Shown: positions 1 to 9,321, counted from the first letter of the stretch. The stretch: DNA of 32,000 nucleotides from Candidatus Electrothrix yaqonensis (GCA_047651235.1 CP178758.1:840001-872000); one strand, 5' to 3'. The notes: generated from the letters alone by a model not told the origin. Translations and numbers: made by a program.

Positions 1-1
1 A

Positions 2-973
2 ATCGGTTTGTTTTGCAATATCGATGCCCGCTCCGTAATCACGGCCATTGATGTGAAGACCATCTACGAGCTGCCCCTGCGGCTGCATGAAGAAGATGCT
101 GATGACCGGATTCTGGAAAAACTGGGGATCTGGACCGGTGCCCCCAATATCCGGCCCTGGCAGGATCTGGTCAGCAAAATTAATAATCCCAAACATACCG
201 TCATGATCGGCATTACCGGAAAATATGTGGACCTGAAAGAGGCCTACAAGAGCCTGCATGAGTCCCTGATCCACGGCGGTATTGCCAATGAGACCAAGGT
301 GGAGCTGAAATACATTGCTGCGGATAATCTGGAGGACGGACAGGATATCGGCGATTCCGTGGCTGAGCTTGCCCAGTGCGACGGTATTCTGGTGCCGGGC
401 GGCTTCGGCAGCCGGGGGACTGAGGGGAAAATCAGGGCCATTACCTATGCACGGGAAAACAAAGTGCCTTTCTTCGGAATATGCCTGGGAATGCAGCTGG
501 CTGTGGTGGAATTCTCCCGGGCAGTCGCCGGTATGGAAGAAGCAGATTCCAAAGAGCTGAACCCGGCAACCGATGATCCGGTCATCTACCTGATGAAGGA
601 ATGGTATGATTTCCGCAGCGGCAGGACTGAAGTGCGGGATGAAAATTCCGATATGGGCGGCACCCTGCGCCTCGGAGCCTATCCCTGCAGGCTGCGCCGG
701 GATACTCTGGCCCATGCTGCCTATCAGCAGGAGGAAATCAGCGAGCGGCACCGGCACCGCTATGAATTCAACAACCAATACAGGGAACGGCTGGAACAGG
801 CCGGGCTGACAGTTAGCGGTACTTCTCCGGATGACACGCTGGTGGAAATTGTCGAACTGGCAGACCATCCCTGGTTTCTCGGATGCCAATTTCATCCGGA
901 ATTCAAGTCCAGCCCCATGCAGCCGCATCCGCTGTTCCGGGAGTTCATCAAGGCGGCTCTGCATAATCAGTGA
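2..973 (+). CDS. pyrG: CTP synthase, C-terminal portion (glutamine amidotransferase domain); 5' end outside the window
   Basis: Frame is open from the window edge to the stop at 971-973. Class-I GATase motifs [17 protein letters not shown] (nucleophile Cys), HRHRYEFN and QFHPEF match PyrG. Confidence 0.93.
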   Translation: MGLFCNIDARSVITAIDVKTIYELPLRLHEEDADDRILEKLGIWTGAPNIRPWQDLVSKINNPKHTVMIGITGKYVDLKEAYKSLHESLIHGGIANETKVELKYIAADNLEDGQDIGDSVAELAQCDGILVPGGFGSRGTEGKIRAITYARENKVPFFGICLGMQLAVVEFSRAVAGMEEADSKELNPATDDPVIYLMKEWYDFRSGRTEVRDENSDMGGTLRLGAYPCRLRRDTLAHAAYQQEEISERHRHRYEFNNQYRERLEQAGLTVSGTSPDDTLVEIVELADHPWFLGCQFHPEFKSSPMQPHPLFREFIKAALHNQ

Positions 974-1090
974 GACAATAATTAATGAAATATCAGAATA
1001 CTGCCCCGTTCTTGCGGACGGGATAATGTACTTCCTGAATAATTTCTGAATGCATGCTGTACAAAAAAAATTCGGAACCTCTCCTCTTCC

Positions 1091-1948
1091 ATGAAAGATT
1101 TTGCCATTACAGCTCCTCCCGGAGTAAAACCTGTTCAAGTCGGCCCCGGTCACCCTCTTTTGCTTATGGCCGGTCCCTGCGCCCTGGAATCCGGTGAACT
1201 GGGCTGGCAGATTGCCAAGGAAATGAAGGCGATCTGCGAACGCCTGGGCATCTCCTATATCTTTAAAGCCTCATTTGACAAGGCCAACCGGACCTCGCTG
1301 GATTCGTTCCGCGGCCCGGGCCTGCGGAACGGGCTGCGTCAGCTCCAGCGTATCCGGCAGGAGGTGAGCGTGCCGGTGATGTCGGATGTCCATGAAACCA
1401 GCCAGATGGATCTTGCTGCCGATGCGCTGGATATTATCCAGATTCCTGCCTTTCTCTGCCGCCAGACCGACCTGCTGGTGGCGGCGGCTAAATCGGGCCG
1501 GACAGTCAACCTGAAAAAAGGTCAGTTTGTCTCTCCCTGGGACATGCAGCATGCTGTAAAAAAAGTTCGATCAGCAGGCTGTGACCGCATTCTCCTGACG
1601 GAACGGGGGACAAGTTTCGGGTATAATAACCTAGTCGTGGATATGCGCTCTCTGCCGGTCATGCGCTCCTTGGGCTGCCCAGTCATTTTCGACGCCACTC
1701 ATTCGGTGCAGCTGCCCGGTGGGATGGGCGGGAAATCCGGGGGCCAGCGCAAGTTCATCCCTTCCCTGAGCAGGGCTGCAATGGCTGCCGGGATTGATGG
1801 CCTGTTTATGGAAGTACATCCTGACCCGAATCAGGCCCTCTGCGATGGCCCCAACAGTGTTCCCCTGAACAAGGCAGAGCCGCTGCTCAGGCAGCTGCTG
1901 GCAATACGGGAAGCCGTTTGTGCAGTGACGGCAGCGACAGATGAGTAA
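1091..1948 (+). CDS. kdsA: 2-dehydro-3-deoxyphosphooctonate aldolase (KDO-8-phosphate synthase)
   Basis: 285 aa with KdsA hallmarks [33 protein letters not shown] and [11 protein letters not shown]. kdsC lies directly downstream. Confidence 0.93.
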   Translation: MKDFAITAPPGVKPVQVGPGHPLLLMAGPCALESGELGWQIAKEMKAICERLGISYIFKASFDKANRTSLDSFRGPGLRNGLRQLQRIRQEVSVPVMSDVHETSQMDLAADALDIIQIPAFLCRQTDLLVAAAKSGRTVNLKKGQFVSPWDMQHAVKKVRSAGCDRILLTERGTSFGYNNLVVDMRSLPVMRSLGCPVIFDATHSVQLPGGMGGKSGGQRKFIPSLSRAAMAAGIDGLFMEVHPDPNQALCDGPNSVPLNKAEPLLRQLLAIREAVCAVTAATDE

Positions 1949-2582
1949 CTGTTCCGACTCCTCCGGCTGTTCCGGCTACTCTGACTGCAGCCTGACCCAG
2001 GCCCTGCGGGAACGAGCCATGCAGCGTGCCCGGCCGGTGCCGCGCTCTGATGCCTGGCAGGCCGCCCTGATGCGGGCAAAGAAGGTTGAACTGCTCCTGC
2101 TGGATGTGGACGGCGTTCTGACCGACGGCATCCTGTTCTACTCCGGTACTGCAGAGGAAATGAAAGGCTTCAACACGCAGGACGGCTTCGGGCTCCGCCT
2201 GCTGCGGGAAGCCGGTCTTGCTGTCGGCCTGATCACTGCCCGCAGCTCCGAAGCTGTGTTCAGAAGGGCCGAAGAGCTGAAGCTGGATCATGTCTATACG
2301 GACTGCCGCAACAAAGCTGAAATCTATAATGAAATACTTTTCCAAAGCGGCCGGAAGCCGGAACAGACTGCCTATATGGGAGATGACTGGCTGGATCTGC
2401 CGGTGCTGCTGCAGGTCGGGTGCAGCTTCGCCCCGGCTGATGCTGCTCCTGAGGTGCGCCGTCAGGTTGATTATGTCACAGAACGGTGCGGCGGACACGG
2501 CGCAGTGCGCGAAGCCTGCGATCTGATCCTGGAAGCACGAGGTCTGCTTGCCCCGCTGCTCAAAAAATACACCACAGGATGA
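1941..2582 (+). CDS. kdsC: KDO-8-phosphate phosphatase (HAD superfamily)
   Basis: HAD core [21 protein letters not shown] and [10 protein letters not shown]. The ATG at 1941 overlaps the kdsA stop (ATGAGTAA) but adds a ~40-aa Cys/Ser-rich N-extension. Alternative starts are at 2019 or 2070. Confidence 0.8.
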   Translation: MSNCSDSSGCSGYSDCSLTQALRERAMQRARPVPRSDAWQAALMRAKKVELLLLDVDGVLTDGILFYSGTAEEMKGFNTQDGFGLRLLREAGLAVGLITARSSEAVFRRAEELKLDHVYTDCRNKAEIYNEILFQSGRKPEQTAYMGDDWLDLPVLLQVGCSFAPADAAPEVRRQVDYVTERCGGHGAVREACDLILEARGLLAPLLKKYTTG

Positions 2583-3157
2583 CTTCACAGATGATAGGAA
2601 GCTACAGAAATCTGCTTTGGATTCTCCCTCTTGGTGTGCTGGCAAGCAGCCCCTTATGGAAAGAATATGCGGAGAATTTTCTGAAGCCCCGGGGCGGCTA
2701 CGACGAGACGGCTGAAAAAGCATATCAGGAGCAGCCCCAGGATTTTGTCATGGATGATGTCAAAATCATCTTTACCAGCGAGGGGCTGCGGACCTGGACC
2801 ATCAAGGCCGACCAGGCCCGCACCGGAGAGACAGACCGGGAAATTGATATGATCGATGTCGATGCCCTGTATCACAAACAAGGAGCATCACCCCTGACCA
2901 TCACCAGCAGGAGCGGCAAATACCATATGGATGATCACCAGCTCACCCTGACTGAGGATGTGGTGATCATCAAACCACTGCAGCACGAAGAGCTGTATTC
3001 CGACCTGCTCCATTATTACGATACCAGCAAGATGCTGATCAGTCCGGGGGATGTGGAAATCCACGGCCCTAAATTCGATCTCCAGGCCGGAAGAATGGAT
3101 TATGATATCGCCATCGGCGGCTATAATTTCAGCAGGCGGGTCAAGGTACTGCTGTAG
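2579..3157 (+). CDS. lptC: LPS export system protein LptC-like (single N-terminal TM anchor)
   Basis: The ATG at 2579 overlaps the kdsC stop (ATGA). It has an N-terminal TM helix (LLWILPLGVLASS) and a ~190-aa beta-rich body. The position after kdsA-kdsC is conserved synteny. The tracked ORF start at 2486 is an upstream extension inside kdsC. Confidence 0.62.
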   Translation: MTSQMIGSYRNLLWILPLGVLASSPLWKEYAENFLKPRGGYDETAEKAYQEQPQDFVMDDVKIIFTSEGLRTWTIKADQARTGETDREIDMIDVDALYHKQGASPLTITSRSGKYHMDDHQLTLTEDVVIIKPLQHEELYSDLLHYYDTSKMLISPGDVEIHGPKFDLQAGRMDYDIAIGGYNFSRRVKVLL

Positions 3158-3463
3158 TCAGGTGGTTATGCGCAGCATTTCATTGCCGCCTTTCTGGAAC
3201 TCGTATGCCACCCTTTCTCTTCGGACCTGATATCCGTCATTGCGCAGTTCTGCAGTAATGCCGTTGAGATGGCGCGATCTTTTTCCTCCGAGCTCCAGCA
3301 GAGGAAAAAACCTGACCTCTGCAGCGACCCGACAGAGTTCTCTGATTGCCGCACGATGGAATTGCCGGGAAAGCTGCCCGCTGTAGAGAAAAAGAAAGTG
3401 GGAGCACAGGGCAAGACCAAAACTCCGGTCGGCAAAGCTGAGCCGGGGCAGGCTCTGGTTGAC
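3158..3463 (-). pseudogene. C-terminal fragment of a class-I SAM-dependent methyltransferase (N-terminal two thirds missing here)
   Basis: Minus-strand frame differs from the tracked 3166-3435 ORF. It reads ..LPRLSFADRSFGLALCSHFLFLYSGQLSRQFHRAAIRELCRVAAEVRFFPLLELGGKRSRHLNGITAELRNDGYQVRRERVAYEFQKGGNEMLRITT*. I recognise this as the C-terminus of a widespread methyltransferase family (FDLALCSHFLFLYS .. EVRIFPLL .. YEFQRGGN.ML). An in-frame stop lies at 3464-3466 and no start codon is present. Confidence 0.6.
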
Positions 3464-3540
3464 TTAGGAATGAAAATTTAATAACAACGGAACTTGCTGA
3501 CAGGTCATTGACAATTTCATAGTTGCGTTTATTCTCATCC

Positions 3541-3795
3541 GGTTATGAAGATAAAAACATATTCTCCTGAGATAGAAACGCGAATGCGTAATTTTTACGG
3601 CAGCCTGTCTGAAAAAGACCGCCGTCGGCCTTGATGACGCATTTTTCGCAGTGCTGAAAAATCACACGGCGGATTCGCCTATGGACTGTATAATATATAC
3701 AGTAATATCGGCTATATCACATTAGAGACAAGCGGTGACACCTCCGAGTTCGGGTGCGCCTGTATTCGGAACTGGTGGACGACACATGGAAAATC
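3541..3795 (+). pseudogene. Heavily deleted ISAzo13-family transposase remnant (three short collinear fragments in different frames)
   Basis: Three fragments: MKIKTYSPEIETRMRNFYGSLSEKDRRR (typical N-terminus), LDDAFFAVLKNHTADSPMD, and ITLETSGDTSEFGCACIRNWWTTHGK. They are separated by stops and frameshifts, span ~260 bp versus ~1.3 kb for an intact gene, and lack the DDE core. Confidence 0.55.
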
Positions 3796-3894
3796 TGAAT
3801 TCCTCTTCGAGACAGGCCGCAAAACGGCTGACGGTTTTAAAGAAAATATGAAATATGAAAATTCAATTCGACGAGTTTCTGCCGAAGTGGAATT

Positions 3895-4431
3895 ATGCCG
3901 CTGTTCCGTCAGGACGGCTTTGAATCCCGTAGTTATTTGATTCCCGTTCCTAACAGGGCGTATATTCCGGCAGGAAGACTTGTGCCGGAGGGCGGCTGGC
4001 TGGTCGTGATGCAGTATTACAGGTCACTTGGTGACAGATACTATAATTCGCTCATCGACATGCTCATTTTTGATGCAGTTATCTGCAACGAGGACCGCAA
4101 TTTCGGTCTGCTCATCGACAACGACAGCAACACGATTGCCGATACGGCCCCGATCTTTGATAACGGCCTGTCGCTGTTTAACTATGCAATGGACGATGAT
4201 CTTCAGGACATGGGAAATTATGTCGGTACACGCTTGATGGCAACCTCACAGGATTTTGTGACCTTTGCCCAACAGGTGATCACCGCCGCACAGAAGAAGA
4301 AGCTACGGAAGCTGATCAATTTCCGCTTCAGAAGGCATCCCCGGTATAACCTGCCTGCTCATCGATTGAAAATCATTGAAGACTTTATTCAGAAACGGGT
4401 GCATGAACTCCTGCGGCTTCAGACAGGATAG
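3895..4431 (+). CDS. HipA-like kinase C-terminal domain protein, apparently N-terminally truncated
   Basis: Motif DAVICNEDRNFGLLIDNDSNTIADTAPIFDNGLSLF matches the HipA_C catalytic-loop pattern (N.DRH/N.N.G.l....aP.FD.G). There is no N-terminal lobe or ATP-binding part, and the frame opens only at 3859 right after the IS remnant. Confidence 0.45.
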   Translation: MPLFRQDGFESRSYLIPVPNRAYIPAGRLVPEGGWLVVMQYYRSLGDRYYNSLIDMLIFDAVICNEDRNFGLLIDNDSNTIADTAPIFDNGLSLFNYAMDDDLQDMGNYVGTRLMATSQDFVTFAQQVITAAQKKKLRKLINFRFRRHPRYNLPAHRLKIIEDFIQKRVHELLRLQTG

Positions 4432-4438
4432 GCCCGGG

Positions 4439-4622
4439 CGTATCTACGAGTTGGGGGGCTGCCTACTCAGCATCGGGAGAACTTGAGGCTTCTGCCCCCC
4501 TTCACTGCCCACCTCCGGGGCAGATATACCCGGAAAACAGCGTCCCGGAGGGACTGCCGAAAATAACCCGGTGTTTCAACGCCGGGTACAGAAAATTGGC
4601 TCCCCCCTAACTCGTATATACG
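4439..4622. repeat. MITE-like non-coding element bounded by ~21-bp imperfect terminal inverted repeats
   Basis: Left end is CGTATCTACGAGTTGGGGGG (4439-4458). The reverse complement of the right end (4600-4622) is CGTATATACGAGTTAGGGGGGAG, giving 1 mismatch and 1 indel. The interior has several short GC hairpins and no ORF. Confidence 0.45.
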
Positions 4623-4625
4623 CTC

Positions 4626-5009
4626 CTAAGCTTCAACCACAAACTTCCGAATCTTGATTTCCGGCAGATGCTTATAATGCTTTTCGTTCCCGGTGACCAA
4701 CGCAACCTGCCTGATCACCGATGATGCACCAATCAACGCATCAGCCAGTTCCATAGAATGACTCAGAGCGTACTGCTCGACATAGAACATCGCTTTGGTG
4801 GAGATCAGCTCATCAATCTGAATAACTTGAGCGTTAAGTATGCCCAATGCCTTTTTAAATGCATTCAGTTCCCGTTTATCCCTTACTCCTTGGACAATTT
4901 CCATATAGGTCACCACGGACAGCGAGAACCGATCAAAACTGTGCAGAAGATCTATTGCGCTTTGATACTCTCTTGAGTACCAGATCAGCACATCTGTATC
5001 GACAATCAA
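4626..5009 (-). CDS. vapC: PIN-domain toxin (VapC family)
   Basis: 127 aa with an N-terminal MIVDTDVLI (first PIN acidic residue) and later acidic residues (EIVQG.., ADALIGA). A 4-bp ATGA overlap with the upstream antitoxin gene is typical type II TA organisation. Confidence 0.85.
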   Translation of the reverse strand: MIVDTDVLIWYSREYQSAIDLLHSFDRFSLSVVTYMEIVQGVRDKRELNAFKKALGILNAQVIQIDELISTKAMFYVEQYALSHSMELADALIGASSVIRQVALVTGNEKHYKHLPEIKIRKFVVEA

Positions 5010-5242
5010 AATGACCGTCCTTTTCTGATCTTCCGGACGTATCCCTCAACATCCTGCATATCTTCCCGATCTTTCCACATCCCGCAGAATTCATTCTGCT
5101 TGTCCTTTGTTACCTGTTCGTCAAGAGGAACAATTTTCGCATACGGCTTTCCGTGAAAGGTGATAACAACCTCCTCGCCCCTCCTTGCCGCATCAAGGAT
5201 TTTTTTTGTATGAAATCGCAAATCTTTGCTGGTTGCCTGCAT
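5006..5242 (-). CDS. Type II antitoxin, Phd/YefM-like
   Basis: 78 aa. The N-terminus (SKDLRFHTKKILDAARRGEEVVITFHGKPYAKIVPLDE) matches the Phd/YefM antitoxin fold pattern. It is translationally coupled to vapC, with SD AAGGAGGA upstream. Confidence 0.8.
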   Translation of the reverse strand: MQATSKDLRFHTKKILDAARRGEEVVITFHGKPYAKIVPLDEQVTKDKQNEFCGMWKDREDMQDVEGYVRKIRKGRSF

Positions 5243-5279
5243 AAAGCCGTCCTCCTTATCGTTAAAGTTTATATTTCAA

Positions 5280-5308
5280 ATTGTAAACTATACGGACGAG
5301 GCTGTCAA
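5280..5308 (-). promoter_or_regulatory. Near-consensus sigma-70 promoter for the antitoxin-vapC operon
   Basis: The minus strand reads TTGACA-N17-TACAAT (-35 at 5308-5303, -10 at 5285-5280), about 37 nt upstream of the antitoxin ATG. A short GTTTA..TAAAC palindrome overlaps the -10 and may be an operator. Confidence 0.6.
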
Positions 5309-5398
5309 ACAAAAGCTGTAGCGGGCTGGGAAGTGAAGCTGGAAGAGGAAAAAAGAAAGAGTTGCAAATGGGGAGTTTCTAATCGTCCGGTGAGGCAC

Positions 5399-5431
5399 AA
5401 AAAAAAGCGGAGCCATCCCTGATGACCCCGC
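5399..5431 (-). terminator. Rho-independent terminator downstream of nifK
   Basis: Minus-strand RNA is GCGGGGUCA-UCAGGGA-UGGCUCCGC (9-bp stem including G-U pairs, 7-nt loop) followed by U8. It lies 45 nt after the nifK stop. Confidence 0.7.
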
Positions 5432-5476
5432 CTGTCCTTCCTCTGCGCTTCTTGTACTTCTTGGACAGTCCTTCTC

Positions 5477-6850
5477 TTACAGCACCAACTCAAACTTGGT
5501 CTCAGGATCATCCCGATCCTTGCGATCCATTATCGCAGAGAGGATCTTCTCCAACAGACGCAACCCACCCTTATACCCGACCGTGGGGAAATACTGATGC
5601 CCCTGACGATCCAGGATAGGAAAGCCCCAGCGGACAAAAGGTACGTCCTCGTCACGGGCGATGTACTTGCCGTAGGTGTTGCTGATCAGCAGATCAACCG
5701 GTTCGTTCTTCATCCACTGATGGAGGAGGAAAAAATCGCCTTTGGCCTTCACATTGACCTCATACGGCATGTCCGCCGTGATCTCCTTGATCCGCTTCTC
5801 AAACTTTTTACCCGGAGTACCGGTAACAATGTGAACCGGACACATATCAATGGAAACCAGGAACTCGGTCATAGCGATGACCTGATCCGGGTCACCAACC
5901 AAGGCTACCTTTTTATTGTAAAAGTATTGGTGCATATCGGAAATCAGGTCCACCAGCTGACCGCGCTCGGTCATGATTTCTTCGGGCACGCTCACACCGG
6001 CAACAGTGCGCAGGGCATCGATAAAGCGATCCGTGGCCTTGAGACCGAAGGGCATATCCAGTACCGTGCAGGGCACCTTATTGGTCTTGTCCAGGGTGCG
6101 GGCGGCATCAGCTGAACACCACTCGCCCAGAGCCAGGGTACCGACTGCATCGCCGGAGGCCTTGAGCTCGGCGATTGTGGTGCCGCCTTCCGGGAACATC
6201 TTGTACTCGCCGGTGAGCGGGCTGTTCAGGACACCGGAAGTATCGGGGAACATGATGGTGGAAACGCCCATCAGCTTGCTCATCCGTTTGAGTTCTTCCA
6301 TGTCGCAGGGTTCGACCCAGCCGGGGATGAGGTTCACCTTGCCGTTTTTCTTGCCGGTCGTCTCGGCCAGCAGGGTCATTCCTTTGACCATATTGGAGAA
6401 ACCGGTCACGTGCGAGCCGACATAGCTGGGCGTGGACGCATAGATAACCTCTTTGCCCTCCGGGATCTTGCCTTCCTTGATCCCCTTTTTGCGGATCTGG
6501 GGCAGGTCGTCGCCGATGGTCTCGGACAGGCAGGTGGTGTGGACCGCGATGATGTCCGGGTTGTAGACCGTGAAAATATTGTTGAAGGCCTGCATCAGGT
6601 TGGCCTGACCGCCGAACACGGATGCGCCTTCGGTGAAGGAGCTGGTTCCGGCGGAGATCGGCTCTTTATAATGCCGGGTCAGGGTTGAACGGTGATAGGC
6701 GCAGCAACCCTGGGAACCGTGGCTGTGCGGCAGGCATCCGTGGATGCCCAGGGCCGCGTACATGGCGCCGATGGGCTGGCAGGTCTTGGCCGGATTCACG
6801 GTCAGGGCCTTGCGCTCGCTGATTTCTTTGGGGGTATGTCGTAATAACAT
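5477..6850 (-). CDS. nifK: Nitrogenase MoFe protein beta chain
   Basis: 457 aa, the short anaerobe-type NifK. P-cluster Cys contexts are present (GCCAYHRS, HTTCLSETIGDD). It directly follows nifD. Confidence 0.93.
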   Translation of the reverse strand: MLLRHTPKEISERKALTVNPAKTCQPIGAMYAALGIHGCLPHSHGSQGCCAYHRSTLTRHYKEPISAGTSSFTEGASVFGGQANLMQAFNNIFTVYNPDIIAVHTTCLSETIGDDLPQIRKKGIKEGKIPEGKEVIYASTPSYVGSHVTGFSNMVKGMTLLAETTGKKNGKVNLIPGWVEPCDMEELKRMSKLMGVSTIMFPDTSGVLNSPLTGEYKMFPEGGTTIAELKASGDAVGTLALGEWCSADAARTLDKTNKVPCTVLDMPFGLKATDRFIDALRTVAGVSVPEEIMTERGQLVDLISDMHQYFYNKKVALVGDPDQVIAMTEFLVSIDMCPVHIVTGTPGKKFEKRIKEITADMPYEVNVKAKGDFFLLHQWMKNEPVDLLISNTYGKYIARDEDVPFVRWGFPILDRQGHQYFPTVGYKGGLRLLEKILSAIMDRKDRDDPETKFELVL

Positions 6851-6878
6851 GGTATTTTAACCTCATAATGATCATCCA

Positions 6879-6904
6879 TAGGGGCACGGCGCGCCGTGCC
6901 CCTA
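6879..6904. repeat. REP-like GC-rich perfect palindrome in the nifD-nifK spacer
   Basis: TAGGGGCACGGCGCGCCGTGCCCCTA. It shares the GTAGGGGC..GCCCCTAC arms with two copies in the nifH-nifI1 spacer. Confidence 0.75.
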
Positions 6905-6929
6905 CGGAAGTATTTCCGCATGTTGAATT

Positions 6930-8573
6930 TTATTCCCAGACAAAGGTGCCGGAAAGCTGCGGATTATCCTGCCAGGGGGCCTTCATGTAGCCCCAGACCC
7001 TGCTGCTCACCAGGCGATCGATCTCTTTATAAAAATTGATCGCGCCTTTGAATCCGGCATACGGTCCGCCCGAGTCGTAGCTGTGCAGCTGCTTCATGGG
7101 CACGCCCAGCTTCTGGATGGAGAATTTTTCTTTGATCCCGGCGCAGAAGATATCCGGCTTCATCAGCTCGACCAGTTTCTCGGCTTCGTACTGATTCAGG
7201 TCGTCGATGACCAGGGTGCCGTCCTCCATATCCGGGGCCAGGCCGTCATAATCCTTGAATTTAAGGCCGCCTTCCTCCAAAGCCTTCAGCTCCTCTTCAC
7301 TCTTGCGAGGGCTAAAGCGGGTCTCATCGGCCTCCACCTCGATCTCCTCGATGTTGCGGCTGTCCGCATCCACCTTGATGTTCGGCAGAACCCGGCGGCC
7401 CTCGTAGTCGTCCCGATGAGCGAACTCGTAGCCGGCGGAGATGGTCTTCATGCCCAGTTCCTTGAACAGCTCCTGATAATGATGCGCTCTGGAACCGCCT
7501 ACAAACATCATCGCGGTTTTACCTTCGGTACGGGGCAGCACGTCCGCCGCTGCCGCCTCGACATCGGGCATCTCCTCGGCGATCACGGCTTCCACCTTGT
7601 CGATCAGCTCCTGATCCTCGAAATAGGCCGCGATCTTGCGCAGGGATTTGGCTGTGGCCTCGGCCCCGATAAAATTCACCTTGATCCACGGAATACCGAA
7701 CTTGGTTTCCAGCATGTCGGCCACATAGTTGATGGATCGGTGACACATGACCGCATTCAGGTCGGCCTGATGCGAGGTGGCGAACTGGTTGTAGGTCGAG
7801 TTGCCGGAAAAGGTGGCCAGGTTGGTGACCCCGCATTTTTTGAAAATCCGGTCGATCTCGAACCCGTCACCGCCGATGTTGTACTCGCCCAGCAGATTAA
7901 TCTTGTATTTGCCCTCAACCGGCTCGTCGTTCTCACCGACAATATGGCGGAAGACCTGGTTGTTGGCGATGTGATGCCCGGCAGACTGGGAAACCCCCTT
8001 GTAACCTTCGCAGCTGAAGGCATAGACGTTGCAGTCGCCGAACTTCTCTTTCATATTCCTGGCCACGGTATGGATATCATCACCGATCAGCCCTACCGGA
8101 CAGGTGGCGAAGATCGCGATGGACTTGGGGTGAAACAGGTCGTAGGCTTCCTGAATGGCTGTGGCCAGTTTTTTTTCCCCGCCGAAGATGATATCCTGAT
8201 CCTGCATATCCGTGGAAAAACAGTAGGGCATGAAGTTCTCGCCGTCCGGCCCTTCCGGTCCTGGATCGGTCTGATTCCGCCGGGTCAGCCACGAATAAAA
8301 GGCACAGCCGATGGGGCCGTGGGTGATGTTGACGATGTCGCGGGTCGGTCCCATAATAACGCCCTTGCAACCGGCGTAGGTACAACCCCGCATGGTGATG
8401 ATGCCTGGAATCGTGCGGACGTTGGCCGTAATTTCCGGCGTCCCGTTCTCCAGGGCCTCGTTGATCATTATCTGTTTGGCGCGTTTGCGGGCCACCTTGG
8501 GCGGGTACTTCTTGATCAGCTCCGCCTTGATGTCGGTGGGTTCCCACTGCACCAGTTTTTCTGCTGCTCCCAT
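6930..8573 (-). CDS. nifD: Nitrogenase MoFe protein alpha chain (group II / anaerobe type with ~50-aa insertion)
   Basis: 547 aa with RGCTYAGCKGV, HGPIGCAFYSW and CHRSINY (FeMo-co Cys context). An acidic insertion KVDADSRNIEEIEVEADETRFSPRKSEEELKALEEGG.. is characteristic of clostridial/deltaproteobacterial NifD. Confidence 0.95.
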   Translation of the reverse strand: MGAAEKLVQWEPTDIKAELIKKYPPKVARKRAKQIMINEALENGTPEITANVRTIPGIITMRGCTYAGCKGVIMGPTRDIVNITHGPIGCAFYSWLTRRNQTDPGPEGPDGENFMPYCFSTDMQDQDIIFGGEKKLATAIQEAYDLFHPKSIAIFATCPVGLIGDDIHTVARNMKEKFGDCNVYAFSCEGYKGVSQSAGHHIANNQVFRHIVGENDEPVEGKYKINLLGEYNIGGDGFEIDRIFKKCGVTNLATFSGNSTYNQFATSHQADLNAVMCHRSINYVADMLETKFGIPWIKVNFIGAEATAKSLRKIAAYFEDQELIDKVEAVIAEEMPDVEAAAADVLPRTEGKTAMMFVGGSRAHHYQELFKELGMKTISAGYEFAHRDDYEGRRVLPNIKVDADSRNIEEIEVEADETRFSPRKSEEELKALEEGGLKFKDYDGLAPDMEDGTLVIDDLNQYEAEKLVELMKPDIFCAGIKEKFSIQKLGVPMKQLHSYDSGGPYAGFKGAINFYKEIDRLVSSRVWGYMKAPWQDNPQLSGTFVWE

Positions 8574-8602
8574 ATTGTTCTCCTCAAATTTCCTGTTCAG
8601 GT

Positions 8603-8977
8603 TCAGACGATAGCCGCTTCACCCGTCTCTCCGGTCCGAACCCGAACCGAGTCGGCCACAGGCATGACAAAAATTTTGCCGTCACCGGGTTTTCCGGTCT
8701 GGTTGGGCGCGATGATAGCCTGGACAACGTCATCAACCTTGTCGTCCTCAACCACCACGGTCACCACCCGCTTGGGATAGAGTTTTCCTTTTTCACCCAG
8801 CACGGCCGCCGCTTCTTCGTATCCTTCATCAACGCCTTCAAGCACCTGCGGATTGATAAACCCTTTGCCCCGGCCCTGGGCCTCGCGGACAAAATAGGCG
8901 TCAACCCCGGCATCGCTTAAGGCCTGCTTGGTCTGGTTCATCATATTGATGCGTACCACAGCGATGACTTCTTTCAT
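8603..8977 (-). CDS. nifI2: PII-family nitrogenase regulator NifI2
   Basis: 124-aa GlnB-like protein with an extended T-loop. It is the second of two PII genes between nifH and nifD, and its start overlaps the nifI1 stop. Confidence 0.85.
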   Translation of the reverse strand: MKEVIAVVRINMMNQTKQALSDAGVDAYFVREAQGRGKGFINPQVLEGVDEGYEEAAAVLGEKGKLYPKRVVTVVVEDDKVDDVVQAIIAPNQTGKPGDGKIFVMPVADSVRVRTGETGEAAIV

Positions 8978-9321
8978 TACGCGGCCTCCTCGGCAACGCC
9001 TTCCTTCACGCCGGAGCTGATGGTATAGACTTCCTCGACCTCGCTGACAAAAATTTTACCGTCACCGAACGCGCCTTTGCCCGGTGTTCTGCCTGTATCC
9101 ATAATGGTCTGAATAACAAAGTCCTTGTCTTCATCCCGGACAACGGACATAAGCATGGTTTTGGGAATCTCATCATAGGTAACATCACCGATCTTGATAC
9201 CCCGTTGTTTCCCGCGACCGGCCACTGAATATTTGGTTACTGCCGGGAAACCGGCATCCATAAGCGCTGCCAGCACTGCATCTGATTTTTCCGGCCTGAC
9301 GATAGCTCTGATCATTAACAT
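8977..9321 (-). CDS. nifI1: PII-family nitrogenase regulator NifI1
   Basis: 114-aa GlnB-like protein (MIRAIVRPEK..., T-loop GRGKQRG). It is the first PII gene after nifH. Confidence 0.85.
   Translation of the reverse strand: MLMIRAIVRPEKSDAVLAALMDAGFPAVTKYSVAGRGKQRGIKIGDVTYDEIPKTMLMSVVRDEDKDFVIQTIMDTGRTPGKGAFGDGKIFVSEVEEVYTISSGVKEGVAEEAA

Noticed and set aside
1887-2723. 278-aa minus-strand ORF
   Set aside because: It is antisense to kdsC and the start of lptC, which carry clear family motifs. Its Ser/Ala/Pro-rich sequence shows no domain signature.
3166-3435. 89-aa minus-strand ORF from the track
   Set aside because: It is in the wrong reading frame. The adjacent minus-strand frame (3463-3158) carries the recognisable methyltransferase C-terminus, so this ORF is a by-product.
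4439-4622. Possibility that the structured inverted-repeat element is a retron ncRNA or a group II intron fragment
   Set aside because: No reverse-transcriptase gene is nearby. I could not recognise a domain V/VI-like sequence or msr/msd organisation. A MITE-like element is the simpler description.
7083-8780. 565-aa ORF on the plus strand, the longest ORF in this region
   Set aside because: It is entirely antisense to nifD/nifI2. It has low-complexity, Gly/Leu/Val/Asp-rich composition typical of a shadow ORF opposite a high-GC gene. It has no recognisable motif or SD, while nifD on the other strand is unambiguous.
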